NCBI RefSeq assembly: GCF_009914755.1
Contig: NC_060936.1
Direction: 5' to 3' (one strand)
DNA: 64,000 nt
Origin: the human T2T-CHM13v2.0 reference genome, Homo sapiens
Positions 17,539 through 31,913 of this stretch are shown one piece after another. How positions within the stretch are numbered: the first letter of the stretch is position 1; each line of letters begins with the position of its first letter. A program made the translations under genes and the position numbers. Below the pieces are notes generated by a model. That model did no database searches. It was given only the letters and a program-made list of their open reading frames with translations, and had not been told where the DNA came from.

Positions 17539-18599
17539 AGTTGTGTAATTTCAATGAGGACACCCAACTGTTAGTAACTAAAGGTCTGATTTCCTCAGTT
17601 GGTCAATTTCTCCAGAAATGAATCTTGTAATCACTTGGCTGTCATTAAAATCCATGTTCTCTCCATGGTACTATCTTGATTAATTAAGCACTAAAAGTCT
17701 GTAGTCTAACTGTTATAAGAATTCAGGAGAGGTAGAGATCAATTAGTGGAAACGCTGGGGAAAACTTAATAGATGAAGTGGGACATGGGATAAGCTCAAA
17801 AGACAAATAGGCCAGCCAGAAACTGAGGTGAAAGAGAATCAAAGTGAACAGTAATTAAATGCTGTAGTTCAGAAATAGGAATAATCACTTTTAGCTGATA
17901 ATGTAGCACAGCTAAATAAGACATGTATATGGAATGAAGTCTCTATTCAGCCATGAAGCAGCTTGTGACTTCTGCAAGGTATTACTCTAAGACATTCAAT
18001 TTCTTCACTTGAAAAACTTGGGGAGATTATCTTCAAAGTCCTCCCTAGGCCTAAGGTTTCTTTATGGCATTTACTATTAAGATTCTTTTGCATTATGTAA
18101 CTTTGCCAGTAATAAATTATAATTAGTGAGTGACTATATAGTTTATAGGAGTGAATCTAGGAGCTCTGAAATTACTGTCATGAAAACATTAATTTATAGG
18201 GAACTTAAGGACTTTATTTACATTAAATCTCATATGCTTTAAATCTCATATCTCCTACTGCTTTAAAACAATCTGTCCACTTGCTATATGTAAGTGTACT
18301 CTGATCATTCCCTCTAATAAAGTAAAAAATTAAAACCTGAAACTAACCCCTTCTGAAATCCTGACCTTGTTTTTTCCCTTTGCATATAGACAGAGGATAT
18401 CATTGAAGAAGGAAAATAGGTCTATTTCCTCTATTAATGTATAACTGTGCCATTCCTAAATGGGAGAATTGATTCAAATTAATTTGTAACACATGATAGC
18501 AACACTTCCTTGAGAAACTGTTCTAGCTACATCTCTTGTTCAGCAAAGTGTACTAATTTTCAGAGAACAAAAGCAAAATAAAGTTTCACTTAAGACTAT

Positions 18600-19072
18600 G
18601 CATCTCAAAGTTTAATGTACACACAAATCAGGGCTTTTGTTAAAATGCAGATTTTTCTGTAGTTCTGGGATGGGATCTGAGATTCTGCTTTGCTTTTCTT
18701 TTCTTTTTTGACAGAGTCTAGCTCTGTTGCCCAGGGTGGAGTGCAGTGGCATGATCTTGGCTCACGGCAACCTCCACCTCTGCCTCCCAGGTTCAAGTGA
18801 TTCTCCTGGCTCAGCCTCCTGAGCAGCTGGGACTACAGGCATGCACCAACACGCCAGGCTAATTTTTGTATTTTTAGAAGAGACAGGGTTTTACCATGTT
18901 GGCCAGGCTGGTCTTGAACTGCTGGCCTCAAGTAATCCGCTTGCCTTGGCCTCCCAAAGTGCTGGGATTACACGCATGAGCCACCGTGCCCAGTTAGATT
19001 CTGCATTTCTAACAAGCTTTCAACTGATGCTGGTGCTGCTGGTCTGTACACATACACTTTGAGTAGTAAAGG
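18600..19072. mobile_element. MER5-type hAT relic split by an Alu
   Basis: GATTCTGCATTTCTAACAAGC...ACACTTTGAGTAG; AGATTCTGC repeated around the Alu. Confidence 0.65.
18694..18993 (-). mobile_element. AluS/J
   Basis: Alu consensus. Confidence 0.9.
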
Positions 19073-20579
19073 CTTATACTTTTTTGATGTATGATTAGCT
19101 CACTCAAGTCAGAAGTCCAGTGGCAGTGGACACAGGGACTAGAGTTTAGGAAAGAGAGACTTGGGCTGGGAATATTTGGGAGTCATCAGTACATAGGAGA
19201 TTTTGATGCCAGAATATGAGGATAACGGCCCAGGAATAGTGTTTGGAGAAAAAGGAAGAGAGGCCCAAGGCCAGCCCATGGGTAGCGCCATTATTTAAGG
19301 CACACTTGTAGGATGAAATTTAAGAAGGTCAAGAAGTAGCAGATGAACCTGAGATGCCAATGATGCTTTTCAATGAGAAGCCTGTAGTTCTCAAACTTAT
19401 ATTTTAAAATATAAGTAATAACTACATTTATTGAGCCTTTTATTCCTGGCACTGTGCTAAGGGCTTCAAATTTTCTCTAAAACACAGGGTGTAAGAAATG
19501 TGATGTCACATTAAAATTTTTCTCTAACCACATCCCAATGCTCTGAGCTGGTGGAAAATGTAATTTGGGTCATCAGTAGGATTTTCCACTCCACACCCAA
19601 GATTATATGAAGGTTCTAGGGGTCTTAGTCTCAGTCCAGTACATTTGGAAAAGGCCCTCTAGTCTTCACTCAATGCTGATTACTGCTAATATTCTCATTT
19701 TCCCACCTCATTCATCCCTTGTAGGTGAGCTGCTTTCTTGATTCCCTGCCAAGCTTGGGCATAAGGGTCTTGGTCATGGTTGGAATCTCAGATACCTAGC
19801 ACGCAATCTCCCTAATATGCTACGCATTCATTCCCACCTAAGGTTCCACCACTTTCCTCACCTATTAGGTTCCTGGTAGTCACATAACCGGCAACTCTCC
19901 TTTTCTGTCGTTCAGCTAGTTGCCACCTACCTCAACCAAACTCAAAAGCCTCTAACCCCTCTCCACTGTGTGAAGACGGAAGTACCTCAATGGACACAAG
20001 TGTTTTTGGTGAAAGGGACTTTTTATTCTGCCCCGGAGCTAGGGAAATCCCAGATCTGTGCCAGAGTTATCAAGGGGGTAGTATATAATCATTCTCTGCA
20101 TTCTTTTACAGCACTGAGAACAAGTAAAATTCTTACCTTAGTATCTTTACAAATCATTTTACCACACATGTATTGTCGTATGAAATCCCTACAACCACTC
20201 CATGCAGGAGTAATTCCCAGTTTACATCCTGAAGCTCTGATAAATTTAGAAACCTGCTTTAAGTCACAGAGCTAATAAGTAATGTGTAGGTGCTATAAAC
20301 TATGTGCCTTGGGCTCTGCAGCTATGAGGGCGTGGTATTATCACAGTTCCTATCGAAATACCTTGCTGGAGGTCATGTGTGAGTGGCAGTGACCAGACAA
20401 ATAGAGAAACCTCATATACAGAGGGGAAAAGTCTCCATGTATAGTGCCTGGGATATCTCCATGTTAGTGCTGCTCTTTCTTGGATCTTCACCGCAACGCC
20501 ACTATCTTGATTTTACTATAAGAAACTGAGGTTTCGAGTGCACTGGTGATTTGCCTACTGCCACAAAACCAGGCTAATG

Positions 20580-20881
20580 GGCTGGGCGCGGTGGCTCAAG
20601 CCTGTAATCCCAGCTCTCTGGGCAAAGGCTGAAGCGGACGGATCACCTGAAGTCAGGAGTTCGAGACCAGCCTGGGCAACATTGGCGAAATCTCGTCTCT
20701 AATAAAAATTTAAAAATTAGCTGGGCGTTTGACGCGCGCCTGTAATCCCAGCTACCCGGGAGGCTGAGGCTTGAGAATCGCTTGAACCGAGTGGCGGAGG
20801 CTGCAATGAGCCGAGATCGCGCCACTGCACTCCAGCCTGAGCGACAGAGCGAGACTCCTTTTCTACAACAACAACAAAAAA
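20580..20881 (+). mobile_element. Alu, CpG-rich, next to promoter
   Basis: Alu consensus, TSD AAAACCAGG. Confidence 0.92.
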
Positions 20882-21039
20882 CCAGGACAAATCTTGCTGG
20901 CTTCCAGTATGGTATTCGTTTCATCTCACCAAACTGGCGTGGCCTGCGCTAGCTTCAGAGTCTCGACAAACTCCAATACAAGTAAGGTACACATTATTTT
21001 AGCAGTCTTCCTTGGGGAGGACGTGGGGCAAGCACAAGC

Positions 21040-21530
21040 GTAGCGTTAGGCCTGAGACTCCACCCCAGCCGTCTCTGAGCCCAGTTCAGCACGCACGCGT
21101 CAGGCGGCTTTTTTCCGCCCGGCTCCTTTCCTCCACTCCCTTCCCGCCACTCCCCGCCCTTTTCCCGCCCGGATGTTATTCTAGTTTTGCCGGATGTTGT
21201 TGTATGTCCGAGAGACACGTGAGGTTCTGCTACGTCATTACCAGGCACGCGCAGGAAACATGGCGGCGGCGGGTGTTGTGAGCGGGAAGGTAGGTAACGG
21301 CCTCCAGGAAGACCTCGGCTTTTCTCTGGGACGGGGATGCTTTTGCTCCCTGGCAGCTGGTTGGGGGAGGGACACGAGGGACTTTCTGTGTCCGGACAAC
21401 CCGTGGCGTCTGTAGGAGAAGACTGGGTGGTACCAGCTGGTTTCCCGAGAATGCCAGTTCAGCCGCGGAGTTATAGAGCCGGCTACTGCTCCAAGGCCAG
21501 CTAGGCCTCGGCGCTCTTCTGCCCCAGAGC
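21040..21530 (+). promoter_or_regulatory. TBC1D15: TBC1D15 CpG-island promoter (TATA-less)
   Basis: CpG/GC-rich; GC box 21151-21160, E2F-like TTCCCGCC x2, CCGGATGT x2 (21169, 21190), CACGTG 21216-21221, TACGTCA 21231-21237, Inr-like GTCATT, YY1-like AACATGGCGGC over the ATG. Confidence 0.88.
21260..21289 (+). CDS. TBC1D15: TBC1D15 coding exon 1 (MAAAGVVSGK)
   Basis: ATG in strong context (AAACATGGCG) inside CpG island, donor AAG|GTAGGT at 21290, phase 0; peptide recognised as the TBC1D15 N-terminus. Confidence 0.96.
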
Positions 21531-23704
21531 AGAGAGGCTTTTATTCGTATTACCTTTACTAAGGGACAGGTGGCTCTCTAGTTCCTTTTTTCCCCCGATT
21601 CACTGTTTCTTGACTCTAGTTCTTTATGTCTACTCTTCTGACTCCAGCGTCTTTTCTCTCTTTGAAGCGTTAACCCGACTTGCCTCTGTCTTCTTTGCTA
21701 CAGTTTGGTGAAGATGTTTATGCTTCCTTCGGGAGGAGCTGAATAGATGCTAGGCAGCTAGCTGTGCGCTTAGAAGAAACGAGTGTATTGGGTCTGTTTT
21801 TACCAAGCTGCTGAGTTGGTTGGTGGTTGTGAGCAGCAGGACGTGTTTCCTGAGAGAAATGGAGATTTACACCATCCTGTGCTTGTCTAGGAAGGCGTCC
21901 AAATATTTATTTCCTAGGCATTTCAGTAGGAGTATTGGTCATGCTGGTTTACGGAGGTGGTCAGTGACACGCCTAATTTCGTTGGAAACTAGAATTACGT
22001 GCGGAGATTTCGTCGAATAGTGCCTATTCGCGTTCCGAGGGCACATCTTATGCATAGTTAGGGCTATCAGCTTTATGATATGCCACCGATAGTATTTCCC
22101 AGTGCAGGAGTATTTCATAAACAGCTGGAATCAACTGAAGTGACTCATCGAACACTAATGGTTGTTTACTCATTGCAGATAGCGTCCTCTGTTCCTTGAG
22201 TTTCACTCATGTCTCCCTGTTGCTTTCCCTACCCCATTTTGAATTATTTGACAGCGTTTGTGGTTTGGTGTTTGGAGTATTAGACTAGGCGGCTGAATGA
22301 CAAATATGGGCTTGGTTTTGCTGTTAATCTGAAGTATGACCTTGGAAAATTGGGCAATTGTGACTTTTGTCTTTTCGCGTTCTTTATCTGTAGAATGGAG
22401 GAGATGCCAATCATTATTTCTTGTATTGGAGTTGTTAGGGTTATATAAATTTTTTTTTAAAAAAACATAAAATTACACACTTGTACCTACTGGCTCTTTT
22501 AAAGGATAGGTGGGCATCCTTTTTTGGATTATTCGTGCTCCTTGGTTGTCTTGTCAGTTTTTTTCTTTTTATATTCAGGGTGGATGCTGATATACTGCTT
22601 GACTTACTGCGTATTTGAAGATTATCCTGTTTGATTTTCCATCTAAACTGATCCAGGCTGGGACTTTTCAAGAGGGGATCCCTTCCGTTTAAACATCTCC
22701 CTCTTTCAGGTTTGGATTGATTTTGAAAGAATCCTTGAGGCAATGAAGCAGAGTTGTGAAATGAAAAACATTTTTCACTCTTTGCAGCCACTACCTTTCA
22801 TAGTCTGACTTCTTAAAGTGAGACTTATATTTAGTAATTCTGCTTCATAACCTCATTTATTCTCATTCACTGCAAATTCACATCTATTGCCATCACTCCA
22901 CTGAAACTAGTTTTCCATGCCAAAAGCTGCTCCTCTCCCAAGTAATACTATCATGACCAACAAAACCCACTTGTTCTTCTCTCAGTAAGTTCAGATCTGG
23001 TTTAATGGCATCATCTTTCACCTGGTTGCATGTTAAACATACTTGGAGGCATTCATTCCTATAACACTCTCTAATCAATAACCATGTCCTACCAGTTTTA
23101 CCTTAAGAGGTTTCTTAAATTTACTGCATCTTCTTTACTATCAGCGCATAGTTCAGGCTTTTAGTCTGCTTCTATTCTTGATTTCTTGGCTGATTTTACT
23201 CCTTTTCTACAGTCTCTGCCCTTAATCTTCTCTACACCACCACTGGAGTTATTTTTCTAATGCGCAAACCTGATAATCTCTTGATTTAAAAAGCAAATGA
23301 AAACTCTTCACTTTTTTATCGTCAGCATAATAATAATAATAATGAAAGCTGGTTAATGTAACATAAAAAGACATGATACCTTTATGCTTCCCTACTTCCT
23401 AATCTTTTTTCTTTAGGAAAGGGGATGGGGAGAAAATGTGTGTGTGTGTTTATTTATTCATCTCCCCTCTCCCTTCAAGTTTTAGCTAAGAGTTCTAGTT
23501 TAGAAATCCAGGGGAGTGAATGTTAACCAAGGCTCACAAAAATCACTCGTGATACTTTTTAATAAAAGTACAGATGGTGGGCTACCAGCTCTGTTGAATT
23601 AGAGTCTCTCAGTGTCTCCACCTAGGATGTAACTTTTCTTAAAACTCTACTTGCTTTGAACTTGGAGTTTCGGAAAGTGATGGAGGAAGTTAATCTCTGT
23701 CTTG

Positions 23705-24376
<672 letters not shown>

Positions 24377-24482
24377 TTAATAGCTCTTTTGTTTCAGAGT
24401 TGTAAAATCCTATTGTAGTACACTTCATTCACTCTAGGTTTTCCTGTTAGTGTATTAGAATTTCTTTCTATTGAAAATTACT

Positions 24483-24761
24483 GGCCGGGCACGGTGGCTC
24501 ATGCTTGTAATCATCACTTTGGGAGGCTGAGGTGGGTGGATTACTTGAGGTCGGGAGTTTGAGACCAGCCTGGCCAGCATGGTGAAACTCTGTCTTTACT
24601 AAAAATACAAAAGCCGGGCATGGTGGTACACGCCTGTAGTCCCAGGTACTCAGGAGGCTAAGGCAGGAGAATCGCTTGAAACCAGTGCAGTGAGCTGAGA
24701 TTGTGCCACTTGTTCAGACTGGGCGAAGGGCATACTGTGTTTCAAAAAATGAAAAAGAAAA
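24483..24761 (+). mobile_element. AluS
   Basis: Alu consensus, TSD GAAAATTACT. Confidence 0.9.
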
Positions 24762-25229
24762 TTACTTGAAACAATAGGGAAATCAGCTGTTTTTTTTTCT
24801 TAATTAGAATTTGTGATGTCATTTTTAGTAACAATTTATTTTGTAGCTTAAAATTGGCCCTAACCAATTCTTTTTAAATATGCTCATAGTCCTATAAAAT
24901 TTTTGTGCTTTAGAAAGATGAATATTCTTAGTATCTAGATTTTCCTGGAGACTTGTTTTCCTAGACTGGATCTTTTAACATGGTAGTTAACTAGGGTATA
25001 ATAGGAGTATGTCTTATTTTTAAATTTTTCTGGCATTCTTTAGTTCAACAAACGTTTTAGTACCTCCTATGTGCTGAGTTCTTTGGATACAAGGGTGGTT
25101 AAACACAGACTTGTATTATTATTATTATTATTGTTAATTTATTTTTGGGACAGTCTTGCTCTGTCACCCAGGCTGGAGTGCAGTGGTGTGATCATGGTTC
25201 ATTGCAGCGCTGACTGTGTATCTCCTCCA

Positions 25230-26235
25230 ACTCTTAAATTATTCACGTCTCCTATCTGACTTCGCTTGGCACACCAATATCCTTGAGAAGCAATAATAGT
25301 TCTGCCAGTTGCTCTTCCTTGAGAGTTGTACCATTCTCTATATCTCAAAACATTCTTCACTTCAGACTATCTGTGATGTATTGCCCTTACAACCACCTGT
25401 ATTGTGCATTTTTTTTAGTTCCATAGTCATTACTCATTAACACATCCCAAATAAAACTCAGCTTTCTTCTTTCTGTTCTCCCTCTCAGTAAATAACCTCA
25501 TCTACACAGTTTTGTCCTTGACTGTTCTCCCCTTCACCTCTCACATCTAATCAGTCATGAAGTCTTGTCATTTTGATCTTCTAAATATCTTTCTAAGCCA
25601 TCTGCCTTTCCTCATCCCCACTACCATTGCCTTAGTTCAAGCAACCATGAGTCTCTCCCTCTCTGGATTACTGCAGCTGTTCGTTCTTGGCCCTGCAGCC
25701 ACTTTATTGGCTTAGAAAAGGCAAATTTCTAGTTGCGTTTGTCTGTCTTCAGGATAAATTTCAAACTCCTAAATTCTTTAGCATGGCTTATGCAGCCCTT
25801 TATGATCTGATCTGGTCTCTGTTTTTGTTTCTAAACTATTTAGACTCTACTCTCTGGTATTTGGGTTTCAATCATGCAGTGAACTACTGCTCTGTATAAA
25901 ATATATCCTCTGCTAAGAACATATATCCTCTGCTTCCCTATACCCTCTACTAATTAAAATTGCCATTATTTAGATCTCAGTTTATATGTCGCTCTAAGTA
26001 AGTTTTCCTGATTCTCACTCTGCCTGAGCCTCCTAAATCTAGGTAAGATAGCATTTATTAGGGCTTGCTGTGGCAGCCTGTTGGTACAATTACATGTTGT
26101 AATTGTCTGTTTTCTTGTCATCCCATTAGATTGTAACTGCTGTGGAGGCAGTGACTGAATCTTACTTATTTACACCTAGTAGCTTGCTCTGTACCTGGCA
26201 CATGGTAGGCGTTTACTGTATATTTATTGAAGAAG
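25230..26235 (+). mobile_element. L2 fragments
   Basis: CTCTCTGGATTACTGCA, ACCTGGCACATGGTAGGC 3'-end motifs. Confidence 0.6.
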
Positions 26236-28233
26236 TAACTGAAAATGGTACCTCATTCAGGATTCTCTGCATTCCTCTATTACACTCTACTATATACATT
26301 GATTTACTGGCTTACATAATACTGCTAGTTTAGTCAGACACTTTTCCTTGTGTGTGTTTTTGCCACTGACACCTTTTATTTCCAGCATGTGGTTGGTGCT
26401 CATAAATGTGCTGAATGCATGAGTAAAGAAACTTCTAAATCAGATTAAGTGGAATGGAGAGTAGTTCAAAGAATTTGGGCAGGCTATTGCTTATGTTCTT
26501 TTCTGAAGGATTTAGTAGAAGTTATTTGCAGAGAGAAAGGATAAAAGGGTGTTCCAGGTAGATGGAACAGAATACACCTGAAAAAAGGTACAAAGCTTTT
26601 GGGTAACAGAGTTCACAATGGCCCAAGGCAGAAATGTTTTATGTGTTGGGGAGTATCAGGAAGTATAGCCTCACTGTAGAGGTAAAGGGTGAAGTCAGAA
26701 GATTTTTAAGCCCCTGTGTGGTATAACCAGATGGACATTTTGTAAAGGTTAGTTTGGGCAGTGGTTATACATTATGCACCTTAGGCAGATTATTGGAAGG
26801 TGACTAGATCAGAAGAAGAGAGATCAGAATGTTATTTTAGTGACTTAGGCTAGAAATGATAAGGGGCCAGTGTCAGAGGAGAAGGTTCGAGGGACTTAGG
26901 TTATAGGGTCTGGATGGTGAAAGAAGCATTTAGAATAAGTGGGTGGATGAGATATCTTTGACAGAATTGGGAATATAGAAGAAGAGCAGGTTTAGATAGA
27001 ACACATGAGATTAAGATGCCTTATTGAAATGGAGATACCAAGTAGGTGCTTAGATATTTGGGTGTGGAGCCCATTAGGATGCTCAGTCTCGCATTTCCTG
27101 GGGATGCTTTCTGGAACCATATGCTCAAATTATCATCTGTATGCCAAATAGTTTTGAAAGAAACTGAACTTTTGTACCTTTTTTGGTTGTTATATTAGCC
27201 TGTAAGTTCACATAATTGCTAAAGTTAAGAATGCATGTTGTGTATGATAGGTGATGGGTTTCCAAGTTTGGAGAATGATTTAGGGCAATAATTTTACCCT
27301 GAACTTACTGCTACATTTAAAATATTTGGGTTGAATTTTTCCTTTATCTTCCATTTTTGGAAATAAATAAAAATTATAATAATCATAATATAAGTAAAAA
27401 TTCAGTATTAAGTGTAGGGACAGTATAAAAAATTACTACTGTATTGTGAAACTTCCTTATTTTTTCCAGCTCTTTGTGTCAGGAAGGATGTTCTTGAGTT
27501 GGATTGTGCAAAAGTTCATTCTGTCTAAAAGTTGAATTTATCTGTTTTTCTGCCTCATTTTTGCTTTTTAATTAAAACTTTTGCTAAATTAGAGGTGAGA
27601 AAATTTATTCTAAAATGTTTGCTGTGGTCACCAGAACTCTTTTAATAAGGTATATCTGACATAGCTCCTTTGCTAGAGGAGAAAAACAAAATACAGTTTC
27701 TGTTGCTTTCAGCAGGCCATCATTGGAAGTTTTATAAATGTACTTATCTGCTTGGGCATCTTAGCAAATATTTAAGAATAAATAAGAGCCTGGAGGGCAT
27801 GAGACATTTTTATCCCAAAAGGAAAACTTTCCTCCTTTTTTTTGTAGTATTTTTACACTTAGAATATTCCTTCTTTACCTTTTCAATAATTTTGCCAGGT
27901 ACAGACAAGCAAGGAACTCTAATACCTTTTAATTTCTCTGTTCTTTATGATGTCTGGCACATAATTGCTTCATAAAAGTTTGTTGAATTGAATTTTATAC
28001 AGTCAGTTTAGCACCACCAAGTGGCAAGTCTTTGAATGCTCTTGATATATTTTGCTTCCTATGAACACCTGATTCCCAGCTAAGTGAGGGTATGATTGTT
28101 AATTTTTTTTTGAGGCAGGACTAATTTCTTTCTTTTTAGTGAGAATGTCCTCATGTATGTATGTATTTATTTTTAATTAGGTTTTTACTGTTTACAACAA
28201 TGGACTTTCTATGTAAATTATTTTTTATACAGC

Positions 28234-28535
28234 TTTTTTTTTTTTTTTTTTTGCCCTGAGACATGGCCTTGGTCCGTGGCCCAGGCTAGAGTGTAGTGTG
28301 TGATCTCGGCTTACTGCAGCCTCCGCCTCCTGGGCTCTAGTGATCCTCCCACTTCAGCCTCCTGAGTAGCTGGGACTAAAGGCATGCACCATCACACCCA
28401 GCTAGTTTTTGTATTTTTTGTAGAGATGGAGTGTTGCCGTGTTGCTCCGTCTGCTTAGAACTCTTGGCCTCAAGTGATCCGCTCACCTTGGCCTCCTAAA
28501 GTTCTGGGATTACAGGTGAGGCACTGTACCTGGCC
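28234..28535 (-). mobile_element. AluJ
   Basis: Alu consensus, TSD TATACAGCT. Confidence 0.9.
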
Positions 28536-28892
28536 TATACAGCTATTTTTGAGATACAATTGATATGATAGACCACATGTATTTAGAGTATACAACTTTG
28601 ACATTTGTGTACACCATGAACCCATGAACACAATTAAGATAATGATGTTTTCACCACCTCTGTTAGTTTTCTCGTGACTCACTGTACCATCACTCCATGT
28701 GTCCTCAGGCAACCACTGAGCATTTTTTGGTCACTATAAATTAGTTTTAATTTTCTAGAACTTTATATAAATGGAATTATATAGTATATACTCTGTTTTT
28801 GTATGGCTTTCTTTATTCAGGATAATTATTTTGAAATTCATGGTGTTGTATGTATCATTAGTTTTTTTTTTATTTCCAAATAATATCCATTG

Positions 28893-29226
<334 letters not shown>

Positions 29227-29229
29227 CTA

Positions 29230-29729
<500 letters not shown>

Positions 29730-30105
29730 TTAACACACTGCCAAATTGTTTTCCAAAGTAGGTGTAGTGTTTTATATTTCCACTGGCAGTGTATGAAAGT
29801 TCCAGTTGCTTCATATTTTTGCCCATATTTAATGTCAGTCATTTTAATTTTAGCCATTCTAATAGGTGTGTAATAGTGTTTCATTATGGTTTCAGTTTAC
29901 ATTTCTGTAATGACTAATGGTGTTGAGTATTTTTCCATGTGCTTATTTGCTGTCCTTGTATCTTCTTTGATGAAGTGTCTGTTTAAATCTTCTGCTTATT
30001 TTTTTTCAAACTGTGTTTTTTTGTCACTGAGTTTTTAGTGTTCTTTTTATGTCCTGGATTTTATATTCTGGATACAAATCCTTTTAATACAAGTTCATTT
30101 GGGTC

Positions 30106-31913
30106 TTTTTAAAAAAATTATTTATTTTTATTCATCTTATATAAAAGGGGGGCCAAATCTAAGAAAATAATGTTATGTCAAAGTTTGTTTTTTAAAGCAT
30201 AAACTTTCAGAGTTTGTTTTAAGGTTAATACATAGAGTGCTAGCTTTTTAGTCACCTGAGAATCAGGAAATTCACTTGGACGTAATTCCCTGTGGTAACA
30301 AAGAACTATGGCTTCCTATGGGTTTGTCAAGCTCCTAGGCTTCATTCAGCCTGAAATTATACTTTTCTTGTTATGTATAAATTAAATAAAATCTATACAA
30401 CTGTCTGTTCTTCTGTTGCCTCACATCATGTCTATAAAAACAGCATTTAAAGTTTGCAGGAAATAGAATTTTGGCCTGTTACAAAGCAAACACTTTGTTT
30501 CTTTAACTCAGAATTCTGGAAATGCAATCAAGTTCTAGTATTGTGACTGCCAAAATATTTTGTCATCAGATATTAATTTTTTTCAAGTGTCTGACTCCAT
30601 ACAAGAAAATAATAAAAGTATCAGAAGTTAACTGTGATTATAAAAAAAAAAAAAAACAAAAAAAAAACAAAAAACTTCAGTGTCCATAGGGTTGTTCCTC
30701 ATGGTTTGTTAGGATACTCCTGCCTGATCCAAGTGCATCAGGTCTGAGACTGTTCTTTGTTCCACGCTTCTATCTGCCAGAAGAATCTTTTTAGGTAAGG
30801 AGGCTATCATAGGAGGCAATGGAGCTTCTAGCTGTTGTCCAAGGAATGAAAGCAGGCGCCTCCAGCTGAGCCACTTCCCATGAACATAATTCCTGTAATC
30901 AGTCAAAACACTCCATGGGCCTCTTCAAGGGAAGATTCCAAACTCATTCCAAAAGCAACTTCCATTACTCCAAAGAGCGAAAGAGAGAAGGTTCTTATGG
31001 TCAGCTGTAGATTCAACTTCATTATCACGTTACAGTGGCTGTCCAGATTGATGAAAATAATACTTTGTGAATCATCAGTCAGTACCGTAAGCTCCTAAGC
31101 TGCATTGGAGACATCGTCAGCTAGTCGGTAGTAGTTTTCCATCAGCAACTCTATCTCCTCTGCATGGTCAGTCCCAGTACTGCTCTTTTCAAAGACTCGG
31201 GGGTCACTCCATTTTGATAGAGCTCTTCTAGCAACTCTTTCTCATCCAGGATCTCCAAAATTGACTCTGAAAATTTTAATATCTGTTTCTAACTCTAATA
31301 GACTTTTGCCATTCTGTAGTAAAATGTGGAGTTTGCTTCTGTCTATAGAAGAATGTTTGGGGTCCACCAAAGCTTCCAGCGTCTTGAGGATCAGTGGCTG
31401 GAAAAGGCTAAGTTTCCCCTGAAGGGTGTTGATCCAGTATTGCAGGAGTGCTTCTATAGCTCTAAACTCAAAAAATTAAAGGGTTTCTAACAAGTTGACC
31501 CTCTCCAGACAATTGTGAAGAGAGTTCCCGGAACAGCCATCGCTGTGAGTTTAAATTATGATAATCTAATATCAGAAGACACTCTGGAGTTATCTCAGCT
31601 TTCAAATACTCCATTCTCATGATAATCATATTATTTCTGGCTGTGATACTCATTACATAGTGAAATCTCAAATCTCTGGCTTGAAGACCTAACTCTTGGT
31701 ATAACTCAGTTTTCTTCCTTTCAAAAGAAGTAACATTTCTCTGTCAAATTTTGTCATGGTAAATACTGGGGCTATACTGGCTAGAGTGGTTTGAAAGACA
31801 TCAGAAGTTCTAAACCAGTGCATTTCACCTGCCATGTGGAGCCGGCGGGGTTCGCACAGTGGGCCACCCAGCTCCTTCTGAGCAGGTTGGCTGCACAGCC
31901 ACAGGCAGTCGCA
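30106..31913 (-). pseudogene. MRS2P2: Processed pseudogene of mitochondrial Mg2+ channel MRS2, 5'-truncated
   Basis: Intronless peptides matching MRS2 (IIMRMEYLKAEITPECLLILDY, WRRLLSFLGQQLEAPLPPM); frameshifts, W->TGA at 30903-30905, GMN->GMS at 30942-30950; AATAAA at 30121-30132; symbol from memory. Confidence 0.92.

Noticed and set aside
21194-21415. 73-aa ORF as a separate gene
   Set aside because: It is TBC1D15 exon 1 read through the donor into intron 1
22014-22030. CGAATAG-TGC-CTATTCG hairpin
   Set aside because: 7-bp stem expected by chance
25901-25934. Short direct repeat ATATATCCTCTGCT x2
   Set aside because: Ordinary micro-duplication within L2
30642-30674. A-run as poly(A) tail of a + strand insertion
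   Set aside because: No TSD; more simply an expanded U-rich tract in the MRS2 3'UTR
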